Source: Candidatus Woesearchaeota archaeon
Lineage (GTDB): Archaea; Nanobdellota; Nanobdellia; Woesearchaeales; 21-14-0-10-32-9
DNA: 64,000 nucleotides
Direction: 5' to 3'
Assembly: GCA_046543095.1 (NCBI GenBank)
Contig: JBKHAC010000001.1
Span: 56,858-120,857 of the forward strand
Of the stretch, positions 54,239 to 62,218 are shown piece by piece. The position numbers and the translations under genes are program-made. Below the pieces are notes generated by a model. It worked only from the letters and a program-made list of their open reading frames with translations. It had not been told where the DNA came from and made no database searches. Each line of letters starts with the position of its first letter. Positions within the stretch are counted from its first letter, which is position 1.

Positions 54239-55828
54239 TTAGCCCCAATTACAATCAACAGTTTGAGGACATGAACCACAATATTCAGCGACTCCCGATA
54301 TAGAATTACAACTAACTTCTGTTAAGTGCTGAGCGCAGGCAAGAGTATTATACTCTGCATTACACACAGGTTGACTTGCACCCTCACCCGGATCCGCCCT
54401 AGTTAAACAATCAAGTTCACTATTAGCATCACTACACCACGCTGTGTTAAGATACCCTCCTTCATCACAACCTACACAGAAAGGTGCAGCTACACACTCA
54501 TCATAAGTCTTTGCTGCACATAAATCATTATTAGCAGTATAAGTCGCTGAATTCATAGAGCAACTACCATACACAATATAATTCGTACCTAAACAAGACG
54601 CTGTAGACCACCCACAATCTGGCGAAGGATTAGAAGGTCCTTCTTGGAATCTGATAAATGATGTTCTAGATTCGGAGCCATCATTAAATAAGCAACCCAT
54701 AGCATAAGATCCTTTACTCTCCTGAATTCCACCCCCAGTTAGCTCAATAGCGTAATCTTTACAATCATTGCCTGACCAATCAGCAGGCGCATCAAATGTA
54801 ACCCCTCCTAAAGATAAAAAATTTCTAATATTTGAATTAGCTTCAGTTCTTGTTGCAAGCGTTACAAAACATAGCTTTTTAGAAGTAATACTTTCAGCAG
54901 CCCATTCAGTGATACAATCAGAACCTATACAAAAACCTTGTGTCGCGCGAACTCTTCCTGAAATATTTGCATCAGCCCCTAATACATTTATTCCTCCTCG
55001 AAGAATTACTGGACCGTCACCTTGAACTCTTATACCTCTATCCAAACCAACACCTTCTCTTAAAACTAAATCTCCATGAACATATAATTTTCCTGAAACA
55101 GGCATATTTCCAACACCAACATTTCCAGTCTCATTTATAACTACATGATTATGTGCACCTTCAGAACTTAAAATTAATGAATTTGTTGAAGTGAATATCC
55201 TTCCTGGAATAGGAGTAGCAACATCTAATCTTGTTGGGCTTTGAATAACTATTCTTCTATTACTACCATCTGAAACCCATAAATTACTAGATGAAGTAGC
55301 ATTTGCTGAGCGCACATGAAAATTTGCTTGAGGATTATTTGTTCCTATTCCGACATTGCCTGTTGATCTATAAATATCATCACCTGTTTCTTCCCATTTG
55401 CTTCCATTTATTGTAGATGCTATGTCTTGACATTCCCAAATATCTTCACCTGTTTTTTTAACTAGTGTCTCTCCGTCTTGGCAATCATTTATATTTATTC
55501 CTGTACCACCTTTGTCTGCTGTTATTACTGCGCCTTGCCAGTTGCGTAATGAGTCTATGACTGTATCGCCATTCATTTTTATTTGTCCTGTTGTTAAAGA
55601 TAAATTGTGTCCTGATGTTATTATGAAATTATCTGATGACATTACTGCTGGGTATGATGTGTTGTGTGATATTAGAAAGTTTATATATGCTGGTGCGCTA
55701 TATCCTGTAGATTTAGCCTCCTCTATGATTTCTCCTTGGGCTGTGTCCATGAATATAATTGAGAAGCACATCATTATTGTTAGTCCGAGCATAATTTTTT
55801 GAAGAGATGATTTATTTTTTGATACCAT
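54239..55828 (-). CDS. large secreted protein with 'GNVG(I/V)G' motifs and a Cys-rich C-terminal half
   Basis: 529 aa. Signal 'IMLGLTIMMCFSIIFMDTAQG'. 'STGNVGIGTNNPQANFHVRS' and 'ETGNVGVGNMPVSGKLYVHG'. About 24 Cys after residue 300. Confidence 0.6.
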   Translation of the reverse strand: MVSKNKSSLQKIMLGLTIMMCFSIIFMDTAQGEIIEEAKSTGYSAPAYINFLISHNTSYPAVMSSDNFIITSGHNLSLTTGQIKMNGDTVIDSLRNWQGAVITADKGGTGININDCQDGETLVKKTGEDIWECQDIASTINGSKWEETGDDIYRSTGNVGIGTNNPQANFHVRSANATSSSNLWVSDGSNRRIVIQSPTRLDVATPIPGRIFTSTNSLILSSEGAHNHVVINETGNVGVGNMPVSGKLYVHGDLVLREGVGLDRGIRVQGDGPVILRGGINVLGADANISGRVRATQGFCIGSDCITEWAAESITSKKLCFVTLATRTEANSNIRNFLSLGGVTFDAPADWSGNDCKDYAIELTGGGIQESKGSYAMGCLFNDGSESRTSFIRFQEGPSNPSPDCGWSTASCLGTNYIVYGSCSMNSATYTANNDLCAAKTYDECVAAPFCVGCDEGGYLNTAWCSDANSELDCLTRADPGEGASQPVCNAEYNTLACAQHLTEVSCNSISGVAEYCGSCPQTVDCNWG

Positions 55829-56041
55829 GCATATACGCTGTTTTTTATTATTTAAATAACTTTCTAATTAGAAACACTAAACACATCTGACCATTTTTTA
55901 GTAGTTACTCTTTTATGAGAAACTTTTTTAAAGTCTTATTATTATTTAGCATTTAAAATGTTGTTCATATCAGGTTATTTGAACAATTATTTTGTTATTT
56001 TATTAAATGTGTAATTATATTAATTAAAAAGGTGGCGAGTC

Positions 56042-56503
56042 ATGGTTAAAAAAGTTAAGAAAAAAGTTAGAGAAAATTTGCATGGTTTTTATTTAGGTTT
56101 TGGTTTGTTTATTGTTTTTCTTGTTTTGTGGTTTATTACCTCGCAGGAAGCTCCTTCAACTATTGTTGAGGAAGATGTACCTTTTGATAATTTATCAGCA
56201 TCTCAGCAAATAGATGTTGTTAAGCAAGAGGAGCAGAAAATTATGGATGATGCGTCACTTTCAATTGCTATTTCTATGGATAATCCGTTTTATTGTGATA
56301 ATATAGTTGATGATGCTCAGAGAGCTGAGTGTTTAGATTCTGTTTCAGGAGATTATGTTGAGCCTGTTGCAGATAATAGGTCTGAGCAAGATTTGGTAGA
56401 TGAATCAATGTTTTCTTTAGCTGTTGCTATGAATAATGTTGATTTTTGCAAAGATATTATTGATGAAGATTTAAATCAAGATTGTCTTGATCGTTTTAAT
56501 TAG
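56042..56503 (+). CDS. membrane-anchored protein with two Cys-pair repeats
   Basis: 153 aa. TM 'FYLGFGLFIVFLVLWFI'. Repeats 'DDASLSIAISMDNPFYCDNIVDDAQRAECLDS' and 'DESMFSLAVAMNNVDFCKDIIDEDLNQDCLDR'. TAG stop. Confidence 0.5.
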   Translation: MVKKVKKKVRENLHGFYLGFGLFIVFLVLWFITSQEAPSTIVEEDVPFDNLSASQQIDVVKQEEQKIMDDASLSIAISMDNPFYCDNIVDDAQRAECLDSVSGDYVEPVADNRSEQDLVDESMFSLAVAMNNVDFCKDIIDEDLNQDCLDRFN

Positions 56504-56512
56504 GTGGTTTTT

Positions 56513-56746
56513 ATGATTATTAGTCAGATTTTTTTTATTGCTGCGTGTTTATCTTTTATTTTTTCTTTATATAAATTGGTTTTTGCAATTGGTTATATAA
56601 ATACTTATAATAAAATTAATAGGAGAATTGTTTTATTAAAGGCAAGTAATAATTCTGATAATTTTATTTTGAATAGTTTGGTTAATGAAGGGTTTAATAA
56701 AAGTTTGGTTTCTGAATGCTTGTTAGATTTTAATGAGTCTAAATGA
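56513..56746 (+). CDS. small TM protein with a C-terminal 'L-x3-G(F/W)' motif
   Basis: ATG at 56513 with AGGTGG 5 nt upstream; the ORF track uses the GTG at 56504. TM 'IISQIFFIAACLSFIFSLYKLVFAIGY'. C-terminal 'FILNSLVNEGFNKSLVSECL'. Confidence 0.45.
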   Translation: MIISQIFFIAACLSFIFSLYKLVFAIGYINTYNKINRRIVLLKASNNSDNFILNSLVNEGFNKSLVSECLLDFNESK

Positions 56747-56805
56747 AGAGTTTAGTTGTGGTTTAAAATTTGAATAATTTTTTACTTATTGGTTATCTGA
56801 GTATT

Positions 56806-56998
56806 ATTTGAAAAAGTTAGAGGGCACTTCCCCGCCCTAAAGGGTTAACCTTCGGTTAACTTTTTAGCTAACGCTAAAAAGCGAGGATTCTTCCACTCTA
56901 ACTTTAGCAAATTAGCGAGGAAAAACATCTGAAGCCTAAAGGCTACATTTTTTTGCTTAACTCAAAAAAATTGAGAATTTCTTCCACTCGTAATTTAA
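56806..56998 (+). repeat. 193-bp hairpin-dense repeat, copy B
   Basis: Same orientation as 571-763. All three stems are preserved while their loops differ (tagc->taac; ccccgcg->cttaact). Confidence 0.85.
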
Positions 56999-57206
56999 GA
57001 ATAATTTAATTTATCATATTTGATTATATTTTTATTTAAATAGTAATTTTAAGATAATAAAATAATAACTTAAGTTCTTTGAATTATTGTTTTGATTAGT
57101 TTTTTTTTAGTTATTATTTATTTTTAATTGCATTAAAATATTTTTTTTATCATTAAATTTTGTTTGATAGCTTTTTTTTATTTAAATTACGTGTATAGAA
57201 TAATTA

Positions 57207-57848
57207 TTATAAATTTCCTTTGGTGAGGAGGAACATTGCGAATGCTCCTACGAGTAGTATTACTAGCATTCCGAGTACTTTTGGGTGGAATAATGTTTTT
57301 AGCACGTTATCTCCGAAGCTCTCTGTGGCTGTAGTTGTTGTTTTTGTTGTTGTAGTTGTTTGGTCGAAGTCATCTCCGTAGTATATTTGTCCTGGTTCTC
57401 CTGTTGAGGGTTCATCTTCAAGCATTAATGTGTCTTCGCCTTCTTCGCCTGTTCCTGCTTCCAGTGTTGTTTGGCCGAATGCTGCGCCGAGTCCGAATAA
57501 GAGTATTACGACTGTGAGTATTATAACCCATGTTCTTAGTTCTTGTGTTTTTCCTGCGACGAGGTCTTTTTCTTTAAGTCCGAACATCATTAGTACGAAT
57601 AATATGAAAAATCCAACGAATATGAGTGTGAAAAACCAGGGCGTGATTACTGTTATTAGTGTTATAAATCCTCTGCTTGTCATGCTTATTATTGCGAATG
57701 CGAATGCTATGAGTGCGTAGAGTCCTTGATTCTTGTCTCCGAATGGTTTTGTCCATGATAAGAAGCCATACATTATTACAAATACTAGTATTATCATAAA
57801 CAAGGAGCTTACTGCGCCTAGGAGTCCTAAATCAAGGAATGTCGCCAT
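57207..57848 (-). CDS. polytopic membrane protein with acidic/Thr-rich loop
   Basis: 213 aa, third gene of a same-strand membrane-protein trio. Loop 'EGEDTLMLEDEPSTGEPG...TTTTTKTTTTAT'. Confidence 0.5.
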   Translation of the reverse strand: MATFLDLGLLGAVSSLFMIILVFVIMYGFLSWTKPFGDKNQGLYALIAFAFAIISMTSRGFITLITVITPWFFTLIFVGFFILFVLMMFGLKEKDLVAGKTQELRTWVIILTVVILLFGLGAAFGQTTLEAGTGEEGEDTLMLEDEPSTGEPGQIYYGDDFDQTTTTTKTTTTATESFGDNVLKTLFHPKVLGMLVILLVGAFAMFLLTKGNL

Positions 57849-57857
57849 TTTTTGTAT

Positions 57858-58472
57858 TTATTTTCCTCCTGTCATTTTGTTGAATTCTTCCATGAATCCT
57901 TTTAGTCCGCCTTTTGGATCTTTTGGTTTGTCTTCTTTTGTTATGAAATGTATTATTAGTCCGAATACTAGTATTGTGACGACTAGTGCTTGGAATTGTG
58001 GATCATATAGAAAATATAGCCATCGTGGCATGTAGTGTCTATTTATCCATCCTGCTGCTACTGCGAAGATTCCTATTACTGCTAGAATTGAAAATATTAT
58101 AAATCCGCTTCCGATGAAGCTTTTACTTGTATCAAGTGGGTTTCCGAATACGCCTACAACAAGCAATACCATGACTATTCCTATTACGAGTAGCGATATG
58201 TTTGGTAATGCTCTATTTATTACTTCTACTGGGTCGATTCCTCCGTAGTAGTATGCTCCTGTGATGTGCGGTATTACGACGCCTAGTGCCATTACAAGTG
58301 CGAGTATTACGTTGAAGTTTTTTCTTGGTTTTTTATTTTCATCTTCACCTAGTATCTTGGTTTTTTGTAGTACTGCGAATACGAGTGTGAATACTAGTAT
58401 GAATGGTAAAAGTACATCTAGAACTCCTGCTGATTGTAAATTAAACATTAATCCTCTAAAATCCAAATACAT
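57858..58472 (-). CDS. polytopic membrane protein, paralog of the gene at 58534-59112
   Basis: 204 aa. 'GVLDVLLPFILVFTLVFAVLQKTKILG' compares with 'GVFEVILPFLLVFTMVFAFLEKTKVYG' in the neighbour. Confidence 0.55.
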   Translation of the reverse strand: MYLDFRGLMFNLQSAGVLDVLLPFILVFTLVFAVLQKTKILGEDENKKPRKNFNVILALVMALGVVIPHITGAYYYGGIDPVEVINRALPNISLLVIGIVMVLLVVGVFGNPLDTSKSFIGSGFIIFSILAVIGIFAVAAGWINRHYMPRWLYFLYDPQFQALVVTILVFGLIIHFITKEDKPKDPKGGLKGFMEEFNKMTGGK

Positions 58473-58533
58473 TTATGATCACCTTTTTATTTTTTTAACT
58501 GATTTTTTTATTTTTGTTTTTTTTAATTGTGAA

Positions 58534-59112
58534 TTATTCTTTTTTCTTTTCTGTTTTTGGTTGTGATGGGTCTCTTACTATGTACCATATGAAGCCTATG
58601 AATACTGCGAGCATCATGACTGTTGCGACTATTTCGCCTGACCAGTTGTTTGCTAAGTAATCATACATTATATCGAGCCAGCCGAGTGCGTTTAAAAATA
58701 TTATTGCAATTCCTACGAATACTATTACTTGGAAAATCATAGACCATGTTTTGTTGAGGAAGAATCCTTCTTTCTCTTGTTTATGGAATGCGCCTATTGT
58801 GAGTGTAAATGAGAATACGAGTACTATTAGTAGCACCACATTTGATGTTACTTCGCTTATTAGTGAGACAAGTTGTGCTGATGCTACAACGAAGAATGCT
58901 ATGACGAATGCAGTCATGCTGTTTAGGTTTTTTCGTGTGACTTCGTGTTTAGTTTTTCCATCACTACCCATATATGTTTCTGTTCCGTATACTTTGGTTT
59001 TTTCTAAGAATGCGAAGACCATTGTGAATACGAGGAGAAATGGGAGTATTACTTCAAAAACTCCAAGTTCCATTAAAAATTCCATGGCATTGCCGAGTAC
59101 TGTATCTGACAT
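58534..59112 (-). CDS. polytopic membrane protein, paralog of the gene at 57858-58472
   Basis: 192 aa. Shares the N-terminal motif shown for 57858-58472 and has a similar helix layout. Confidence 0.55.
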   Translation of the reverse strand: MSDTVLGNAMEFLMELGVFEVILPFLLVFTMVFAFLEKTKVYGTETYMGSDGKTKHEVTRKNLNSMTAFVIAFFVVASAQLVSLISEVTSNVVLLIVLVFSFTLTIGAFHKQEKEGFFLNKTWSMIFQVIVFVGIAIIFLNALGWLDIMYDYLANNWSGEIVATVMMLAVFIGFIWYIVRDPSQPKTEKKKE

Positions 59113-59274
59113 AGAGAATACAGACCTTTAAAAGTTTATAAACCTTTTGTTTTTATTTCATATTTCTTTGTGTTTTTATTTTTATTTCATATTTTTTTTG
59201 TTATCTTATTATTTTAAATTATTATTTTAAAGTTTGAGTAATTTTTAAATAGGCTTTTTGTTTTCTTTAATTTT

Positions 59275-59952
59275 ATGAGGGGTAAATTTAATAGTAATGC
59301 TTATTTGATTATTTTGGGTTTGAATGTAGTTGTGTATCTTTTTCAGTTTTTGCTTGGTGATTCTTTTACTCGTTTATTTTATATTGTTCCAGGGGATGTT
59401 TTGAGTAGGCCGTGGACTCTTATAACTTCTATGTTTTTACATGGTGGCCCTGCTCATTTAATTTTTAATATGTATGCTTTGCTTATTTTTGGTGGTTTAA
59501 TTGAGCAGAGAATTGGGTCTAAAAGGTTTGTTTTGTCTTATTTGGTTGCAGGTATTTTTGCAGGGGGGCTTTATTCTATTTTTTCTCAGTCACCTGCTCT
59601 TGGTGCCAGTGGCGCGATTATGTCTGTTTTGGGTCTTGCTATTATGCTTTTGCCTGATTTGCAAGTTTTGTTTTTCTTTGTTGTGCCTATGTCTTTGAGG
59701 ACGGCAGGTATTATTTTTGCTTTAATTGATGTATTTGGTTTGTTTAATCCATCTTCAGGTATTGCTCATATCGCACATTTAGGTGGTTAGTTTATTGGAC
59801 TTGTTTATGGTTATTACTTAATTAGGAAGAGGTTAAAATTTTCAAAGAAATTTACTAGACCTATTAAAAAGAATTCGTTTTCATCTAAAAAGGACACTAT
59901 TGAATTAAGTGATGATGAGATAAATGAATATATTAGGAATGGTAGATTATAA
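59275..59952 (+). pseudogene. rhomboid-family intramembrane serine protease interrupted by an in-frame TAG at 59788-59790
   Basis: 'RPWTLITSMFLHGGPAHLIFNMYALLIFG', catalytic 'GASGAI' and 'AHIAHLGG' are all present. The TAG falls 3 residues after the catalytic His, inside TM6. The same frame continues 'FIGLVYGYYLIRKRLKF...NGRL' for 53 codons to a TAA at 59950-59952. The pseudogene label is provisional. Confidence 0.75.
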
Positions 59953-60016
59953 TTAGGTATAATTTATTTTAATGTTGCTTATTTTTTTAATCGTTTGTGG
60001 TTTGTTATGTTTTTTT

Positions 60017-60502
60017 TTATTTTGCCATGCCTGCCATGTTGAGTAGTGAGTCTTTGTGATTTCTTATCACAGTACCTGTTTTTGCGTTTATTCTTATATT
60101 TATTATGTTTAGGCTTGTGCATATAAATGTTAAGTTCCATACATCTTCTTGTATATGTTGGAGTAGTATTATTTTCTTTTTTACTAGCTCTGCTGAGTGA
60201 TCTTTTTTTAATATTTCTTGTGCTTTATTCATTGCATCTTTGAAGTTTATTTTTATATTGTTTATATCAAGTTCAGTTATTGTTTTTCCTTCTTTGAATG
60301 CGTCGTCTTCGGGCATTTTTTGGTAGGGATTTGTTTTAAACACTATTATTTTATTTTTTTTCGGGCTGAAAAATCCGAATTCTAGTGAAGAATTATCATC
60401 TGGTATAAGTATGTGCACTAAATAATAGTCTGGTTCATCTCTTTGAAATTTTTTGTATTCTGTGTTGGTTTTAAGTTTTTCATAATCTTTGAATATGTCC
60501 AT
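60017..60502 (-). CDS. hypothetical protein, PepSY-like C-terminal pattern
   Basis: 161 aa. 'KDAMNKAQEILKK...VWNLTFICTSLNIINIRINAKTGTVI' resembles the PepSY helix plus beta-sheet pattern. This is a weak call. Confidence 0.4.
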   Translation of the reverse strand: MDIFKDYEKLKTNTEYKKFQRDEPDYYLVHILIPDDNSSLEFGFFSPKKNKIIVFKTNPYQKMPEDDAFKEGKTITELDINNIKINFKDAMNKAQEILKKDHSAELVKKKIILLQHIQEDVWNLTFICTSLNIINIRINAKTGTVIRNHKDSLLNMAGMAK

Positions 60503-60818
60503 GATGAATATAATAATTAGTTTTAATTTATAAGTTTTATGAAGAATTGGTGTTGTCTTAACTAGTTATTTTGTGTATATTTCCTAGTTAAACCTTTTCG
60601 CGAATATACTTTATATAACATAAAAGACTGAATAAGGTTTTGTATCTCATAATAGTTACGTGTTAACTGAGTCTTCAGTTAATTTAAAGAATGATTGTTT
60701 ATTTAAATGACTTCAAAGAAAAACACAAATATAAAGGGCTTGACTGAAGGGAAACCCTTAGCACTTCCACGAGGGTAACTCAAAGAGGAACAGGAGATTT
60801 ATCGATTAGTACTGGTGG

Positions 60819-60835
60819 ATGCGAAGGACGGGATT
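60819..60835. repeat. 17-nt exact duplicate of the tRNA-Gly 3' end (ATGCGAAGGACGGGATT; second copy 60916-60932)
   Basis: Read directly. The downstream copy covers tRNA positions about 57-73 plus one flanking base. Confidence 0.8.
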
Positions 60836-60916
60836 CCTCGAGCCTAGCCGAGAGGTGCCAAAAACAACTAAGTTTTTGAGCATGTTCAAACACTGTTCAT
60901 AGCATTTCAAAAGAAA

Positions 60917-60988
60917 TGCGAAGGACGGGATTTGAACCCGTGTCCCAGCCTTGGCAAGGCCGAATACTAACCACTATACTACCTTCGC
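60917..60988 (-). tRNA. tRNA-Gly (anticodon GCC)
   Basis: Cloverleaf folded by hand: acceptor GCGAAGG/CCTTCGC, D-arm GTAT-AGTGGTTA-GTAT (with G-U pairs), anticodon stem CGGCC/GGCTG with loop TTGCCAA, 4-nt variable region, T-arm ACGGG-TTCAAAT-CCCGT, discriminator A. CCA is not encoded and there is no intron. Confidence 0.93.
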
Positions 60989-61011
60989 GTATTTTATGTT
61001 TTATTTGAGAA

Positions 61012-61443
61012 TTATTGTTTAGTTTTAAAGTTTTCTGTTGGTTGTTTTTTGAGTTCTTTTGTTATTTTTGAGAGTTCTGCGACGTTTTCTGTGAATAAAG
61101 GTAGTACTTTGGTGAATACTTTTTCCATTGCTCGGACTTCTGCGCCGACGTTTGTCATGTTTTTGTCGTAGTCGTCTATTTTTGATATTATAAGTGAGTG
61201 TACTTTGTCAAATTCTCGTCTCATGTCTTGCATTTGTTGCTCCATTGTGATTACTTTTTGTGTTGTGTTATTTTTCCATTCTGCGAGTTTTGTGAGGTCT
61301 TTTAGTAGCATTTCCCATTTTTCTTCTATTATTGCCTCTATTAATTCTTCTTGTCCTGATGTTCCTTGTGGAGCATTATTTCTTGTTATATTAAGGTTTT
61401 TATCTTGTAGTTTTTGGAAGGGGTTATCGTCGAATTGGTTCAT
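61012..61443 (-). CDS. coiled-coil protein with disordered Q/N-rich N-terminus
   Basis: 143 aa. 'EELIEAIIEEKWEMLLKDLTKLAEWK...VGAEVRAMEKVFTKVLPLFTENV'. Last gene before the tRNA-Gly. Confidence 0.5.
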   Translation of the reverse strand: MNQFDDNPFQKLQDKNLNITRNNAPQGTSGQEELIEAIIEEKWEMLLKDLTKLAEWKNNTTQKVITMEQQMQDMRREFDKVHSLIISKIDDYDKNMTNVGAEVRAMEKVFTKVLPLFTENVAELSKITKELKKQPTENFKTKQ

Positions 61444-61617
61444 TTATTTGCACCTTTTTGGTTTATTTATTATTTTGTCCATTGCATTAAATATTGTTTG
61501 AAATGGACATCCTTTTTTTATTAGTTGGTTTATTATTTCGTTATTTTTTAGTCCTTTTTGTTTGTTGTTATCTATGTATTTTGTTAATTTGCTTAGTGTA
61601 CAAAATTCTTTGTTCAT
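61444..61617 (-). CDS. 57-aa protein carrying the 'L-x3-G-x' helical motif (not in ORF track)
   Basis: Hand translation: 'MNKEFCTLSKLTKYIDNNKQKGLKNNEIINQLIKKGCPFQTIFNAMDKIINKPKRCK'. Its TAA abuts the ATG of the next gene (TAAATG). Confidence 0.4.
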   Translation of the reverse strand: MNKEFCTLSKLTKYIDNNKQKGLKNNEIINQLIKKGCPFQTIFNAMDKIINKPKRCK

Positions 61618-61721
61618 GTGTTTTCCTCTTTTTTTATTTTTTTTGTACGCGTAAATTGTTTATTGTTTTTTGTTTTTAAAAAGATTTCGTATCTTTTTAT
61701 TCTTTTGTTTATTTTTTTTGT

Positions 61722-62144
61722 TTATATTGATTTATCTTTGATTAATTTTTCTATTTCTGCTCGTGTGACAAATTGTATTGGTTCCCACATGTCAAGGTAT
61801 GAATTGAGAACTGTTATATCTTTTTGTTTGGCTGTGTCTTTTAGTTCTGTGTGCATTATTTTTAGATCTTCTATTAGTTCTTGTAATTTTATTTTTGTTT
61901 CTAGTAATTCTTGGTTCATGTGTTTTTTTTCTTTGAAATATTCTTTTTGTAGTTCTATTAGGTTTTGATCGGTTATCTGTGATTTTCGTCTGAGGTTCAT
62001 GTATCTATCTTCTAGTATTCTTATGCTTGATGCTATTTCTGATAGGCTTTTTGATACTTCGTCTGTTTGGGGTTTTGCCCAAGTATTTTGTGCGTGGGGG
62101 AAGTTGTTTGTATTTGGTTGTTGAGGGTTTTGGTTTTGGTTCAC
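61722..62144 (-). CDS. coiled-coil protein with Q/N/P-rich N-terminus
   Basis: 140 aa. GTG start with a strong AAGGAGGA upstream. Heptad-like 'LIELQKEYFKEKKHMNQELLETKIKLQELIEDLK'. Confidence 0.5.
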   Translation of the reverse strand: MNQNQNPQQPNTNNFPHAQNTWAKPQTDEVSKSLSEIASSIRILEDRYMNLRRKSQITDQNLIELQKEYFKEKKHMNQELLETKIKLQELIEDLKIMHTELKDTAKQKDITVLNSYLDMWEPIQFVTRAEIEKLIKDKSI

Positions 62145-62218
62145 TTATTTTTTCCTCCTTGTCGCGCATATTAAATATAGTTGTTTATTAAAAAGAAAAA
62201 AGAAAAAATAATTTTTTT

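Noticed and set aside
56501-56515. TAG read-through fusing 56042-56503 with 56504-56746 (same frame, separated only by the TAG).
   Set aside because: The upstream protein ends exactly at the end of its second repeat unit ('CLDRFN' versus 'CLDSVS'). The TAG is embedded in a good Shine-Dalgarno (AGGTGG) 5 nt before an ATG at 56513. Two separate genes is the simpler reading.
571-56998. The two 193-bp direct repeats as boundaries (att/LTR-like) of a 56-kb mobile island.
   Set aside because: The enclosed DNA carries core housekeeping genes (ftsZ, asnS, ribosomal proteins, rpo7/spt4, taw1, tgtA). No integrase or conjugation genes were seen. The repeats are better explained as dispersed copies of a small element or RNA.
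60736-60859. 5S rRNA, SRP RNA, RNase P RNA or a second (intron-containing or split) tRNA in the GC-rich island.
   Set aside because: The 5S-like pieces (the loop-C-like GGAAG..TAAG and AGTACTGG) occur on opposite strands or in the wrong order. The GGAA hairpin lacks the conserved AGCA/GGUCA loops of SRP helix 8. No P4-forming CR-I/CR-V pair was found. The tRNA-like 3' fragment has no complementary T-stem and only a 6-nt loop in the best alternative fold. The region is therefore kept only as an unclassified candidate.
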